Source: an uncultured Actinomycetes bacterium
GTDB lineage: Bacteria > Actinomycetota > Thermoleophilia > Gaiellales > JAICJC01
Direction of reading: 5' to 3'
Assembly (NCBI GenBank): GCA_963811675.1
Contig: CAWESH010000005.1
Coordinates: 9,749-73,748 of the forward strand
Length of the DNA: 64,000 bases
The notes under the pieces were generated by a model. That model made no database searches. It saw only the letters and a list, made by a program, of their open reading frames with translations, and was not told the DNA's origin. Position numbers and translations under genes: made by a program. Shown one piece after another: positions 47,319 through 58,802 of the stretch; position 1 is the stretch's first letter, and each line of letters begins with the position of its first letter.

Positions 47319-49040
47319 AGCGACACCTCGACGGCGACCGTGGTGCCGAAGCCCTCGGTGGATTCGACGCGAAGGTTCCCGCCGACCAGTTCGACTCGAT
47401 CACGCATCGAGACCAGCCCCAGGCCGCCGAGCGCCGCGGTGGTTTCGAACCCTCGCCCGTCGTCTTCGATCACGACCACCGCTCGACCCGCGTGGTGTTG
47501 GGCGACGACGCTGACGGTGCCGGCACCCGCGTGTTTGGCCACATTGGTGAGCGATTCCTGCACGATCCGGTAGAGGGCAGTCTCCACCGGGTCGGGCAGC
47601 CGCTCCTCCAGCCCCGACGTCTGCAGGTCGATCTGCAGACCGGTGCGCCGGCCAAACGTCTCGGTCAGGCGCTCGAGCGCAGCCTTGAGACCGAAGTCGT
47701 CGAGCGCGGTGGATCGCAGCTCCACCGCCAGGGCGCGGAGATCGCGAATCGACCCGGTGATCGTCTCGCGCAGCTCGGTGAGGATTCGGGCGGTTTCGGC
47801 GGGGTCACGTGATTCCTCGGCACGCCGCAGCCCCATCAACACCGACGCCAGCGACTGCCCGGTGTCATCGTGCAGCTCGCGGGCGATCCGGCGGCGCTCC
47901 GCCTCCTGTGCCTCGACCACCCGTCGAAGCGTCTCGCGGCGAGCTTTCTCTCGCTCCTCGGCGCCCAGCAGGAGCGCCTCGGCGTCGGAGCGATCGCGCT
48001 CGGACTGAAGCGAGCGCGCCATGCCCAGCGCCAGAGTCGCACGAGCCGCAAAGAGCCCCATCACCTGTTCGTCGTCCTCATTGAAGACCGGCCGCTCGAG
48101 GCTGTCGACCGCAATCAGGACACCGTCGGCGGCATCGCGTCGAATCAGCGGAAAGATCAGCACCGCCTTACCACCGATGATGTCGGTTGCCACCGGGTTG
48201 AACTGAGGATCCCCGCGCACGTCGTCGATCCTCACGGGCCTGCGAGCGCGTAACGCGATTCCCGATTTGGAGGCGGCCACCGGAATCTCGACTCCGACAA
48301 CGGCCGCAGCTCCTTCACCGCTGGCCGCCTCGACCCGCAACATGGCTTCCCCCGGCCGAGCCAGAGCGACCATCACCACGCGTGCGTGCAAGCCGGCACA
48401 CGCCTGGGCTGCGACCAGCTCCAAGACGTGCCGTTGGGGCTGTCCGGAGACAATCGCATCGTTCACCTCGCGCACCGACGAGAGCTCCGAGACCGCCCGC
48501 TCGAGCGCGAGCAAGTGTTCCTGCGCGTCGGCGTAGAGTCCGCGCGTTCTGGATGGCGACACCGGCTTGTGCGGCCAGCGTGGTCGCCAGCCGTTCATCG
48601 GTCTCGGTGAACTCGCCCCCGTGCTTTTCGGTCAGGTAGAGATTGCCGAACACGCTGCCGCCCGCCACCACCGGCACCCCCAGAAAGCTCGTCATCGGTG
48701 GATGGTTCGGCGGAAACCCGGCCGAGCGAGGATCGGCCTGGATGTTTGTCAAGCGCAGGGGGCGGGCGTCGCTGATCAGCACTCCCAGGATGCCGCGTCC
48801 GATCGGCTCGGGTCCGATGGCCCTACGGGTTTCGGGGTCGAGCCCATGGGTGATAAATCGGTCGAGCCGGTTCCCCGACTGGTCGATCACCCCGAGCGCC
48901 CCGTACTGGGCGTCGGTCACACGGCAGGCGAGTTCGACCAGCCTGGTCAGGACCGCCTCGAGATCCAAGCCACTACCGATCGTTATGCCCGCATCGAGGA
49001 GGAGCTCGAGCCGCGAAGCATCGGTGATACCGGCGTTCAC
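47315..49040 (-). pseudogene. GAF-GAF-HisKA_3-HATPase sensor kinase (DevS/DosT-like architecture), one frame break
   Basis: GAF-1 is in ORF 48315..49040 (..GALGVID..FLGVPV..GNLYLTEK..). From ..AIQNAR the reading LYADAQEHLLALERAV.. continues in ORF 47315..48598 (GAF-2, ARELHDDTGQSL, LTNVAKHAGA, DDGRGF, GLGLVSMRDR). An apparently extra base at 48539 (minus-strand cgg-A-ctc) accounts for the shift. Confidence 0.8.
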
Positions 49041-49159
49041 TCGGCCATTCTAGATCGGGCGGACTTCGGAGAACCCGCGATGCGATTCAGTGGCGACCCC
49101 GATTCGCCGGTGACAGACGGCTCCTAGATTGACGTGACACCACCACAGCGGAGGACGTC

Positions 49160-49654
49160 GTGTCGACCATGTTGATTGCAACCGATGGCTCGAAGGCCGC
49201 CCAGAAGGCCTCTGAACTCGGGTTGGAGATCGCAAGCGCCGCCGGAGACGACGTCGTCTTCGTGTCGGTGTGGGACATCGTCAAGAGCAACTTCGGCCAG
49301 TTCAGCGCGACCATCGAGCAGCGCTACCTCGAAGGCGACAAGGAGCGGGCCGAGGCGGTACTGGTCGCGTCCAAGGCCCTCGCCACGCGCTACGGGATCG
49401 ACGCGGACACGGTGTCGCGGTCGGGTGACGCCGTGGAGGAGATCTGCAAGGTCGCCGCCGAGCGAGACGCGCGGCTGATCGTGCTCGGGTCGCACGGCTG
49501 GGGTGCGATCCGCGGATTCATGTCCGCAAGCGTCGCTGCCGGCGTGCTTCGCCACGCGCCGTGCGCGGTGTTGAGCGGCACGCCCCAACCGCCGGGCCTA
49601 CTCGATCCAGAGGAACTGGTCGGGGAGACCGCGTCGGGCCGACAGCATGAGTAG
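49160..49654 (+). CDS. universal stress protein
   Basis: MLIATDGS..A...A..IA......V.FV.V, then [33 protein letters not shown]. The GTG is preceded by GGAGGA. Confidence 0.85.
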   Translation: MSTMLIATDGSKAAQKASELGLEIASAAGDDVVFVSVWDIVKSNFGQFSATIEQRYLEGDKERAEAVLVASKALATRYGIDADTVSRSGDAVEEICKVAAERDARLIVLGSHGWGAIRGFMSASVAAGVLRHAPCAVLSGTPQPPGLLDPEELVGETASGRQHE

Positions 49655-52030
49655 CTCATCCACGGATGTACGTTTGACATCCGCCCAGGCCCAGGCGATC
49701 GACGCCTACTGGCGGGCCGCGAATTACCTGTCGGTGGGCCAGATCTACCTGCTCGACAATCCGCTTTTGCGAGAGGCGCTGGTGCCTGCCCATGTCAAGC
49801 CGCGGCTCTTGGGCCACTTCGGAACGGCACCGGGCCTCAACCTGATCTACGCACATCTCAATCGCGTGATCTGTGAGCGCGACCTGAACATGATCTACGT
49901 CGCCGGCCCCGGCCACGGCGGCCCGGCGCTGGTGGCCAACGCCTACCTCGAGGGCACCTACTCCGAGGTCTACCCCGATATCGGTCGAAACATCGACGGA
50001 CTGCGCAAGCTGTTCCGCCAATTCTCGTTCCCGGGCGGCATTCCCAGCCACGTCGCACCCGAGACGCCGGGATCGATCCACGAAGGCGGAGAGCTCGGCT
50101 ACTCGCTCGCACACGCGTTCGGCGCGGCCTTCGACAATCCCGACCTGGTGGTCGCCTGCGTGGTCGGAGACGGAGAGGCCGAGACCGGCGCGCTGGCCGC
50201 GAGCTGGCACTCCAACAAGTTCCTCAACCCCCGCAATGACGGCGCGGTGCTCCCGATCCTTCACCTCAACGGCTACAAGATCGCGAACCCGGCGGTGCTG
50301 GCGCGCATCCCCGAGCACGAGCTGGTGTCGCTGTTCGAGGGCTATGGATGGCATCCGCTGGTGGTCACCTGCGAGATCTCCGACCCCCACGAGGTCGTGC
50401 ACCAGTCGATGGCCGCCGCGCTCGACCAGGCGTTCGACGAGATCGCCGCGATCCAGCACGCGGCCCGCGAGGAGGGGGCGGTGAGTCGGCCCACCTGGCC
50501 GATGCTGATCCTGCGATCGCCGAAAGGATGGACGTGCCCCAGCGAGGTCGACGGACTGCCGGTCGAGGGGACGTGGCGGTCGCACCAGGTGCCGGTGGCC
50601 AACGCCCGGGGAACCTCGAACACCTGGCGATTCTGGAGACATGGCTGCGAAGCTACCGGCCGAACGAGCTGTTCGACGTGGGCGGGGCACCGAACCGCGA
50701 GTTCGACCGGCTCCACCCGCAGGGCGAGCGGCGGATGAGCGCCAACCCCCACGCCAACGGGGGCTGCCTGCTGAAGGATCTCGATCTGCCCGACTTCCGC
50801 CGCTATGCCGTTGCCGGTCACGGCTCCGGGGACCACCTCCAGCGAGGCGACTCGCGTGCTGGGAGAGTTCCTGCGAGATGTGATCACCAAGAATCCCGAA
50901 CACGTTTCGGCTGTTCGGGCCGGACGAGACCGCCTCGAACCGGCTTTCGGCGGTGTTCGAGGCGACCAGCCGCGCGTGGGACGCCGAGACGCTCGCGGTC
51001 GACGTGGAGCGCACCCCTGACGGCCGGGTGATGGAGGTGCTGTCCGAGCAGCTCTGCGAAGGCTGGTTGGAGGGCTATCTGCTGACCGGGCGCCACGGCC
51101 TCTTCAACTCGTACGAGGCGTTCATCCACATCGTCGATTCGATGTTCAACCAGCACGCCAAGTGGCTCAAGGTGAGTCGCCAGATCCCATGGCGACAGCC
51201 GGTGGCGTCGCTCAACTATCTGCTCAGCTCCCACGTCTGGCGGCAGGATCACAACGGCTTCTCGCATCAGGATCCCGGGATTCATCGACCACGTCGTGAA
51301 CAAACGTGCCGAGGTGGTGCGCGTGTATCTGCCGCCGGACGCAAACACGCTGCTGTCGGTCGCCGCCCACTGCCTGGCAAGCCGCGACTACGTCAACGTG
51401 ATCGTGGCGGGCAAGCAGCCCACTCTCAACTACCTCTCGATGGACGATGCGGTCGATCACTGCACACGCGGAGCCGGCATCTGGGACTGGGCCTCGAACG
51501 ACGGCGACGCCCAGGAGCCGGACGTGGTGATGGCGTGCTGCGGCGACACCCCCACCCTCGAGACGCTGGCCGCGGTCGCCGTTCTCCGTGAGCGGCTTCC
51601 GGATCTGCGCGTGCGCGTCGTGAACGTGGTTGACCTGATGCGCCTGCAACCAGAGACGGTGCATCCGCACGGGATGTCCGACGCCGAGTTCGATGCGCTC
51701 TTCACCACCGATCGGCCGGTGATCTTCGCCTACCACGGCTACCCCGCACTGATCCACCGGCTCACGTACCGGCGCACCAACCATCGCAACATCCACGTGC
51801 GCGGCTACAACGAGGAGGGAACCACGACCACGCCGTTCGACATGGTGATCCTGAACGACCTCGACCGCTTCCATCTGGTGATGGACGTGATTGATCGCGT
51901 GCCCGGCCTCGAATCGAGTGCCGGCCACATTCGGCAGGACATGGTCAGCAAGCGGCTGCGCTGCCGCCAGTGGACGCGCGACCACGGTGAGGATCCCGCG
52001 GAGATCACCGATTGGGCGTGGCCGTACTGA
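49647..52030 (+). pseudogene. xfp: phosphoketolase (xylulose-5-P/fructose-6-P), four frame breaks
   Basis: [34 protein letters not shown] and GDGEAETG in ORF 49647... Reading continues in ORFs 50348.., 50805.., 50953.. ([22 protein letters not shown]) and 51296.. (..VIFAYHGYP..). Joins are near 50620 (-1), 50810, 50900 and 51285 (+1 each). Length is 2384 nt (3n+2). Confidence 0.85.
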
Positions 52031-53089
52031 CCGACGGCGACATCCTGGTGGTGAACGCCGGCTCGACCAGCCTCAAGCTGCGCGTGGTCGCACGCGACGG
52101 GCAGGCGACGGCGGTCGACTCACTGGACGGCGTTCGCGGCGAATCGATCGCGGCAGTCGGACATCGCATCGTTCACGGCGGGTCGCGCTACCGCGATCCG
52201 GTGCTGGTGGATGAGACGGTGCGGCGCCAGATGATCGAGCTGGAGGAACTCGCGCCGCTGCACAACGCGCCGGCCCTCGCAGCGCTGGACGACGCCCGCG
52301 CGCGGTTCCCCGACATCCCCCATGTCGCGGTGTTCGACACCGGTTTCCATGCGACCATCCCGCCCGAAGCGGCGATCTACGCGGTGCCGCGGGAGTGGCG
52401 CGAGCAATGGGGGATTCGCCGCTTCGGCTTCCACGGCCTCTCGGTCGCCTGGTCGGCCCAACGCGCCGCAGAGCTGCTGCAACCTCCGCCGTCTCCGCTT
52501 CGGCTGGTGGTGTGCCATCTCGGCGGAGGCTCGTCGGTGACCGCGGTGGTGGACGGGCGCTCGGTGGACACCACCATGGGCTTCACGCCGCTCGAGGGCG
52601 TACCGATGACCACACGCTCGGGCTCGGTCGATCCCGGGCGCGGTGCTGCACGTGCTGCGCCGTTCGGGCATGACGGTGGACGCACTCGAGCATCAGCTGG
52701 AACGCGAATCCGGCCTGCACGCCCTGACCGGCACCAGCGGAGACGTCCGCGATCTCGAAGCCGCAATCCGCAGCGGAGACGTCAACGCCAGACTCCCGCT
52801 CGACCACCTCAGCCTGCGTGTCGCGGGAGCGGTCGCCGCGATGGCCGTGTCGGCCGGTGGCATCGAGGCGCTCGTGTTCACCGCCGGCGTCGGCGAAAAC
52901 TCCTCGTTGGTGCGCGCGGCGGTGTGCGACCGGCTCAGATTCCTCGGCGTGCACCTCGAGCCGACTCGAAATCGGGACGCCGTGCCCGACTGTGACATCG
53001 CAGACGACAAATCGCCCGCTCGGATCCTGGTGGTGCACGCCCGGGAGGAACTGATCGCTGCCAGACTCATTCGCGCGTATCTGGGCTGA
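52012..53089 (+). pseudogene. ackA: acetate kinase, one frame break
   Basis: ILVVNAGSTSLK, VGHRIVHGG, LAPLHNP-like, FDTGFH, RFGFHG and HLGGGSS in ORF 52012... Then AVLHVLRRSGMTVDALEHQL..ESGL..GTSGDVRDL..FTAGVGENS in ORF 52643... The join is near 52635, where ccc ggg C gcg gtg has an apparent extra C. Confidence 0.85.
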
Positions 53090-54948
53090 GCGCGCGCAAG
53101 CGCGTTGAGGATGACGCCGACGTCGATCACCTCTTGGGCAATCGCGCCCGCCACCGGCGGGAGGTAGCCGAAGGCCGCAAACGCCATCCCGGTGACGCTC
53201 AGGCCGATACCGATCAGCACGCTCTGGCGGGCGATCGCGACCGACCGCCGGCCGATCCGGATCGCGTCCACCACGCGGTCGATGCGGTCATCCACAATCA
53301 CGACGTCGGCAGTCTCGGCCGCAGCCGAACCGCCGCGGGTGCCGATCGCAATGCCCACGTCCGCACCGGCCAGGGCGGGCGCGTCGTTGACACCGTCGCC
53401 GACCATCGCCACGGGTCCGCCCCACTCTGCCGCCCGCACTGTTGCACACACATCCAGCTTCTCGCTGGGAGAGAGGCCGGCGTGCACCGCATCGACCTCC
53501 AGCTGTCGGCCGATCCGTTCGGTCACCCCGGCGCGGTCGCCACTGACGATGGCAACGTGCCGCACCCCGCTGCGGTGCAGCCGATCGACCAGGCCGCCGG
53601 CGTCGATGCGCAGGTCGTCACTCATCACGACCACGCCTTCGACGTGGCCGTTGACTGCGACGAATACCCGAGCGCTGTCCTCTTCGACACCCAGCGCTGT
53701 GGTGTCAGGCAGATCATCGATACCACGGTCACGGAGAAACGCCGGGCTGCCCAGCGCCACTCGCTCAGCGCCCACCCGGCCCGCGATCCCCTCACCGACA
53801 CCCTCGTCGGTGTCGTGCGGCAGTTCCAGCGGCACCCCGTCCTCAGTCGCCGCCGCGACCAGGGATGCGGCCACGCCATGCAGCGAGACCTGGTCGAGCG
53901 ACGCCGCCAGCCGCAGGATGTCTGTGTCTGACCGCCCGTTCAGCGCGACGATTCGCTCCACTGTGGGCACGCCCAGAGTGACGGTGCCGGTCTTGTCGAA
54001 CAGCACCGCGCGGACAGATCCAAGCGCCTCGATCGCGGCCGCGCCTTTGACAATCACGCCCCGGCGAGCGGCAGCCGACACCCCCGACACCAGCGCGACC
54101 GGTGCGGCCAGAATCAGCGGGCAGGGCGTCGCCACCACCAACACCGCCAGCGCACGCACCGGATCGCCACTTCCGATCCAGGCCACCGCAGCGGCGATCA
54201 GGGTGATCGCAAGAAACCGGGTCGCATACCGGTCGGCGAGCCGCTCGAACGGTGCGCGACGAAGCTCAGCGGCTTTGACCAGCCTGATGATCGAGGCGAA
54301 GGTACTGTCGGCAGCCGGTCGGGTGACAGCCATCTCGAACACCGCACCGAGGTTGGTGGTTCCCGATCGGATATCACCACCACGGCTCATCTCCACGGGG
54401 AACGACTCGCCGGTCAACGCCGCCTCGTTGAGAGTGGCGTGGTCGGAGTGGAGCGTTCCGTCGGTCGGCACCACCTCTCCGGTGCGTACAACCACCACCT
54501 CACCCACCACAACCGCGTCGATCGCCACTGCTTCGATCGAGCTTCCGCGGCGCACGTTGGCGGTGCGTGGTGCCCGGCCCAAGAGAGCCGAGAGCTCTCG
54601 CCGCGCGCGCCGCGCGGCATAGGCCTCAAGCGCATTGCCGCCACTGAGCATGACCGCGACGACCGCACCCGCCAGGTACTGCCCCAGGATCAGCGAGCCC
54701 GCCATCGCCAGCAGCGCGATCGCATCAACGCCGACATCTCCCCGAGCAAGCGATTTCACCACCGACCACGTCAGCGGTACCAGCAGGGCGGCGGTCGTGA
54801 CCACCCAGATCGCGTCTGCGGCGGACGAGCGACCCGCGAGGCTGAGCCCGATGCCTGCCAGCAACGCAAGCAGGGCGGCGCCGGCCACGATCGTGGCCGA
54901 GATGTCTGTGCTGGTCGCGCGGCCGGCCGCGTGGTCTGTGCGTGCCAT
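53067..54948 (-). pseudogene. P1B-type heavy-metal ATPase (TPCP transmembrane motif, no N-terminal metal-binding domain), frame break near the 3' end
   Basis: DKTGTVT, GDGVNDAPALA, VVATPCPLILAAP and TGESFPV. After ..VILNAL the expected ending RALSPDTRE* (stop 53067-53069) is one frame away, with an apparent extra G near 53105. As sequenced, the ORF instead reads on to 52693 across ackA. Start taken at Met-43 (54948). Confidence 0.8.
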
Positions 54949-55116
54949 ACCAGGCGAATTCTGGTCGCCGGCCCCGGTGGCGGCATCCGTACCGGCACCG
55001 CCAGAGTTGCGTAGTTTCCCGCGCCGCTGACCAGCACATCCACCCATGCCCCCGAGGCGGTGTGCGCGGTGCAATAGGACCGCATTCCTAAACGGACTCT
55101 GATCAGGAGGAACGTC

Positions 55117-56562
55117 ATGGCTTCGGTACCTGAGGGCGCCAACCGCCCCAAGCTCAAGCGCTCACTGGGTCTCTCGATGGCCACGGCGCTTGTCGTCGGA
55201 AATATGGTCGGCTCTGGCGTCTTCGGCCTACCGTCCGCACTGGCCGGCACCGGCCCGATCGCACTGCTCGCCTGGGTGTTCACCGGCGCCGGTGCGATCC
55301 TGCTGGCACTGGTGTTCGCGAACCTCGGCCGGGCCTATCCACGCACCGGCGGGCCGTACGCCTACACGCGTATCGCCTTCGGCGACTTCGCCGGATTCTG
55401 GACGGCCTGGGGCTACTGGATTGCGGCGTGGGCCGGTAACGCCGCGATCGCGGTGATCTTCGTCAGCTACGCCAGCGTGTTCTGGCCCAGTCTCGCCACG
55501 AACAACGCGCTCGCCTTCGCGCTGGGGTTGTCGGTGATCTGGGGGCTGACGCTCTTGAACATGGCCGGCGTACGCGAGTCCGGTGTGATGCAGGTCGTCA
55601 CCACCGTGCTCAAGTTCGTGCCGCTGCTCTTGATCGGCGTGATCGGCCTGTTCTACATCAACACCGCCAACTTCTCTCCGTTTGACCCGGCCCATGGCAG
55701 CCTGGTGGGCCACTTCCACGCCATCTCGTTCGCAGCCACGTTGACGCTGTGGGCGTTCCTGGGACTGGAGTCGGCCACCGTGCCGGCCGAGGAGATCAAG
55801 GACGTCAAGCGCACCCTGCCGCGGGCCACCATCTTCGGAACGCTCGCAGTCACGGTGCTGTATGTGATCTCGACCGTGGCGGTCATGGGCGTGATCCCCA
55901 GCGCAAAGCTGGCCGACTCGCCGGCCCCGTTTGCCGACGCCGCTCAGGTCATGTTCGGTAACTCGGTGCTCGGGATGTCACCCAGCAAGCTGATCGCCGC
56001 GGTCGCGATGATCTCGACGTTCGGTGCACTCAACGGCTGGATCCTGATCCAGGGGCGCATCCCTCTGGCCGCCGCGCAGGACGGGCTCTTCCCGCGTCAG
56101 TTCGCGCAGGTCAGCGGCGTGCGTAAGACGCCGATCGTCGGTCTGGTTGCCTCGTCGGTGCTGCTGACGGGTCTGATGGCGATGAACTACCAGTCGTCTC
56201 TGACCGACACGTTCACCAAGGTCATCATCCTGGCCACCCTGACCACGCTGGTGCCCTACGCCTTCGCGGCAGCTGCGCAGCTGATGCAGATGTTCAACGA
56301 TCGCGAGAACTTCACCGGGCGCCGGGTGGCGCGCGACGCCACCATCGCGATCCTCGCCTTCGCCTACTCCTTCTGGATGATCTACGGCGCGGGCCAGGAG
56401 TACATCGCGCAGGGCTTCCTGCTGCTGATGGCAGGCATCCCGGTGTACGTGTACATCAAGTGGCGCAACGCCAAGAACGCCGCCGAGGCCGCTCGGGCGA
56501 TCCCACCGGGCGTACCGGAGACGGCCGAGCCTCGACAGACGCTCGAGACGGTGGGTGGATGA
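55117..56562 (+). CDS. arcD: APC-superfamily basic amino acid antiporter (arginine/ornithine antiporter-like)
   Basis: 12-TM permease; [30 protein letters not shown]. First gene of an arcA-arcB-arcC cluster, with AGGAGG before the ATG. Uninterrupted over 1.45 kb. Confidence 0.75.
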   Translation: MASVPEGANRPKLKRSLGLSMATALVVGNMVGSGVFGLPSALAGTGPIALLAWVFTGAGAILLALVFANLGRAYPRTGGPYAYTRIAFGDFAGFWTAWGYWIAAWAGNAAIAVIFVSYASVFWPSLATNNALAFALGLSVIWGLTLLNMAGVRESGVMQVVTTVLKFVPLLLIGVIGLFYINTANFSPFDPAHGSLVGHFHAISFAATLTLWAFLGLESATVPAEEIKDVKRTLPRATIFGTLAVTVLYVISTVAVMGVIPSAKLADSPAPFADAAQVMFGNSVLGMSPSKLIAAVAMISTFGALNGWILIQGRIPLAAAQDGLFPRQFAQVSGVRKTPIVGLVASSVLLTGLMAMNYQSSLTDTFTKVIILATLTTLVPYAFAAAAQLMQMFNDRENFTGRRVARDATIAILAFAYSFWMIYGAGQEYIAQGFLLLMAGIPVYVYIKWRNAKNAAEAARAIPPGVPETAEPRQTLETVGG

Positions 56563-57822
56563 CGCGCATGATCAATCACCTCCACCCCACGCACACCACC
56601 CTGGGGAGTGCAACCGCTCCCCAGGTGGGGGTCGCATCCGAGGTTGGCACGCTGCGGCGAGTGATGCTGCACCGGCCCGGGAACGAGCTGAAGCGGCTCA
56701 CGCCGACCAACAAGGATGACCTCCTGTTCGACGACGTACTGTGGGTCAAGCGCGCTCGTCAAGAGCACGACGCGTTCGCCGATGCGCTCGTCGAACGGGG
56801 GGTCGAGGTGCTCTACCTCAACGAGCTGCTGACCGAGACACTCTCGGCTGAAGCCGCCCGCACCGAGCTGATCGACGGCATGTTGCGCGTCGGCGGCACT
56901 CGGGATGCGGTTCACCGCAGAGCTCAGAGACTGGCTTGGAGAGCTCTCGCCCGAGACGCTGACGGAGGTCGCGATCGCGGGTGTGACGTATGACGAGTTG
57001 CCGCGATTGGGTCGCTCGCTGGCCGCACAGGTTGCGGCACCGGACGAGTTCGTGCTGCCGCCGCTGCCCAACCACCTGTTCACCCGCGACACCTCGGCCT
57101 GGATCTACGACGGGGTGACCGTGAACGCGATGGCCAAGCCGGCGCGTGTGCGTGAGGCCGTGAACGTGAATCTGATCTATCGCCACCACCCGGCATTCCA
57201 GTCCGCCGCCCCGAACTTCTGGAGCGACGATCTGGGCGAAGCCGCGACTCTCGAAGGCGGCGACGTGCTGGTGGTCGGCAAGGGCTGCGTGCTGATCGGG
57301 ATGGGCGAGCGCACCCGTCCGGCTGCGGTCGAGGCGATGGCGGGACGGCTGTTCGAGGCGGGTGCGGCCCGGCAGGTGATCGCGGTGGTGCTGCCCAAAC
57401 AACGATCGGCCATGCACCTGGACACGGTCATGACCATGATCGACCGAGACGCGTTCACGATCTACCCCGAGCTTCGCCACAGCCTGAGCGCGTACTCGCT
57501 GGTGCCGGGTCGAGATGCGCTTTCGATCACCCCGGTGCCCGATCTCTTCGCCGCGCTGGCCGAGGCACTCGACGTCGAGCAGCTGCGTCTGATCGAAACC
57601 GGCGGCGACCGCTACGAGGCCGCCCGCGAACAGTGGGACGACGGCAACAACGTGCTCGCCGTGGCTCCCGGGGTCGTGGTCGCGTACGAGCGAAACGTCG
57701 ACACCAACACCCGCCTTCGCCACGAGGGCATCGAGGTCATCACCATCGCGGGAGCCGAACTCGGCCGCGGCCGAGGCGGTCCCCGCTGCATGTCGTGCCC
57801 GATCCTCCGCGACCCTGCGTGA
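56559..57822 (+). pseudogene. arcA: arginine deiminase, one frame break
   Basis: [26 protein letters not shown] in ORF 56460... Then ..[33 protein letters not shown] in ORF 56905... The +1 join is near 56895 (gtc ggc G gca ctc). The ATG overlaps the arcD stop (ATGA). Confidence 0.85.
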
Positions 57823-57841
57823 CCACCAAGGAGCGCCACAA

Positions 57842-58802
57842 ATGACCGAGACACTCACCGCCAAAGTCACCCCCCGACGATCTGCTGCGGATCAGCGATC
57901 TCGACGAGCACCAGTTCGAGCATCTGCTGTACCAGGCGGCGTGCATGAAGGCTCGGCCGTTCGAGTACCGCACCCAGCTGCCGGGCAGGATGATCTCCTG
58001 CTACTTCGAGAAGCCGTCGACCCGCACGCGGGTGTCGTTCGCCGGCGCCGCAGCTCGGCTGGGGATGACCGCGCTGTGGCTGCGGCCGGATGAGCTGCAG
58101 CTGGGCCGCGGCGAGCCGATCGCCGACACCGCCCGCGTGCTCGCCGGGTACTCGGCCGCAATCGTGGTGCGCACGTTCGATCAGGCGGTGGTGCAGCAGA
58201 TCGCCGATGCCAGCGACGTGCCCGTGATCAACGCCCTCACCGACCAGCACCACCCCTGCCAGGCGCTGGCGGACTTCCTGACGCTGCGCGAGCGGTTTGG
58301 TGAGATCCACGGCTTGCGGCTCGCATACATCGGCGACGGCGACAACGTCGCCCGGTCGTTGATGGAGGCCGGCGCGCTGGCCGGCGTCGAGATCGTGGTC
58401 GCCTCTCCCAAGCACTATCGGATTGGCGCCGGGGAGACCCAGCGGCTGGAACGCGTCGCCCGTGAACACGGAAGCCACGTGACGGTGGTCGACGATCCGC
58501 GCGAGGCGGTGCGAGGCGCCGACGCCGTCTACACCGATGTGTGGGTGTCGATGGGCGAGGAGTCCGAACGAGCCGCGCGGCTGCGGGAGCTGGAGCCGTT
58601 CCGAGTCACCCCAGAGCTGATGGCACTGGCCAACCCCCATGCGGTGTTCATGCACTGCCTTCCCGCGCATCGCGGCGAGGAGGTGTCGGCCGCGGTCATC
58701 GACGGGCCGACCAGCGTTGTCTGGCAGCAGGCGGCAAACCGGCTGCCGACCGAGCAGGCGCTGCTGCACTCACTGATCAGGGGAAACTGGGTGGCACCAT
58801 GA
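57842..58802 (+). pseudogene. arcB: ornithine carbamoyltransferase, frame break after codon 11
   Basis: MTETLTAKVTP is followed by a run of six C (57870-57875). With five C the reading continues DDLLRISDLDEHQFEHLL..FEKPSTRTRVSF..HPCQALAD..HCLPAH, which is ORF 57945... Confidence 0.85.

Noticed and set aside
49041-49159. DosR-type palindrome (GGGACT..AGTCCC) between the DevS-like kinase and the first USP
   Set aside because: Only a half-site-like CGGACT is present (gggcggacttcggagaaccc), with no dyad partner. A repeated CTAGAT (49050 and 49125) is too short to interpret.
4363-58802. Programmed ribosomal frameshifting as an explanation for the frame breaks
   Set aside because: There are dozens of sites in unrelated genes, with no shared slippery heptamer or downstream structure at the joins I inspected, and often several per gene. 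This is incompatible with programmed recoding.
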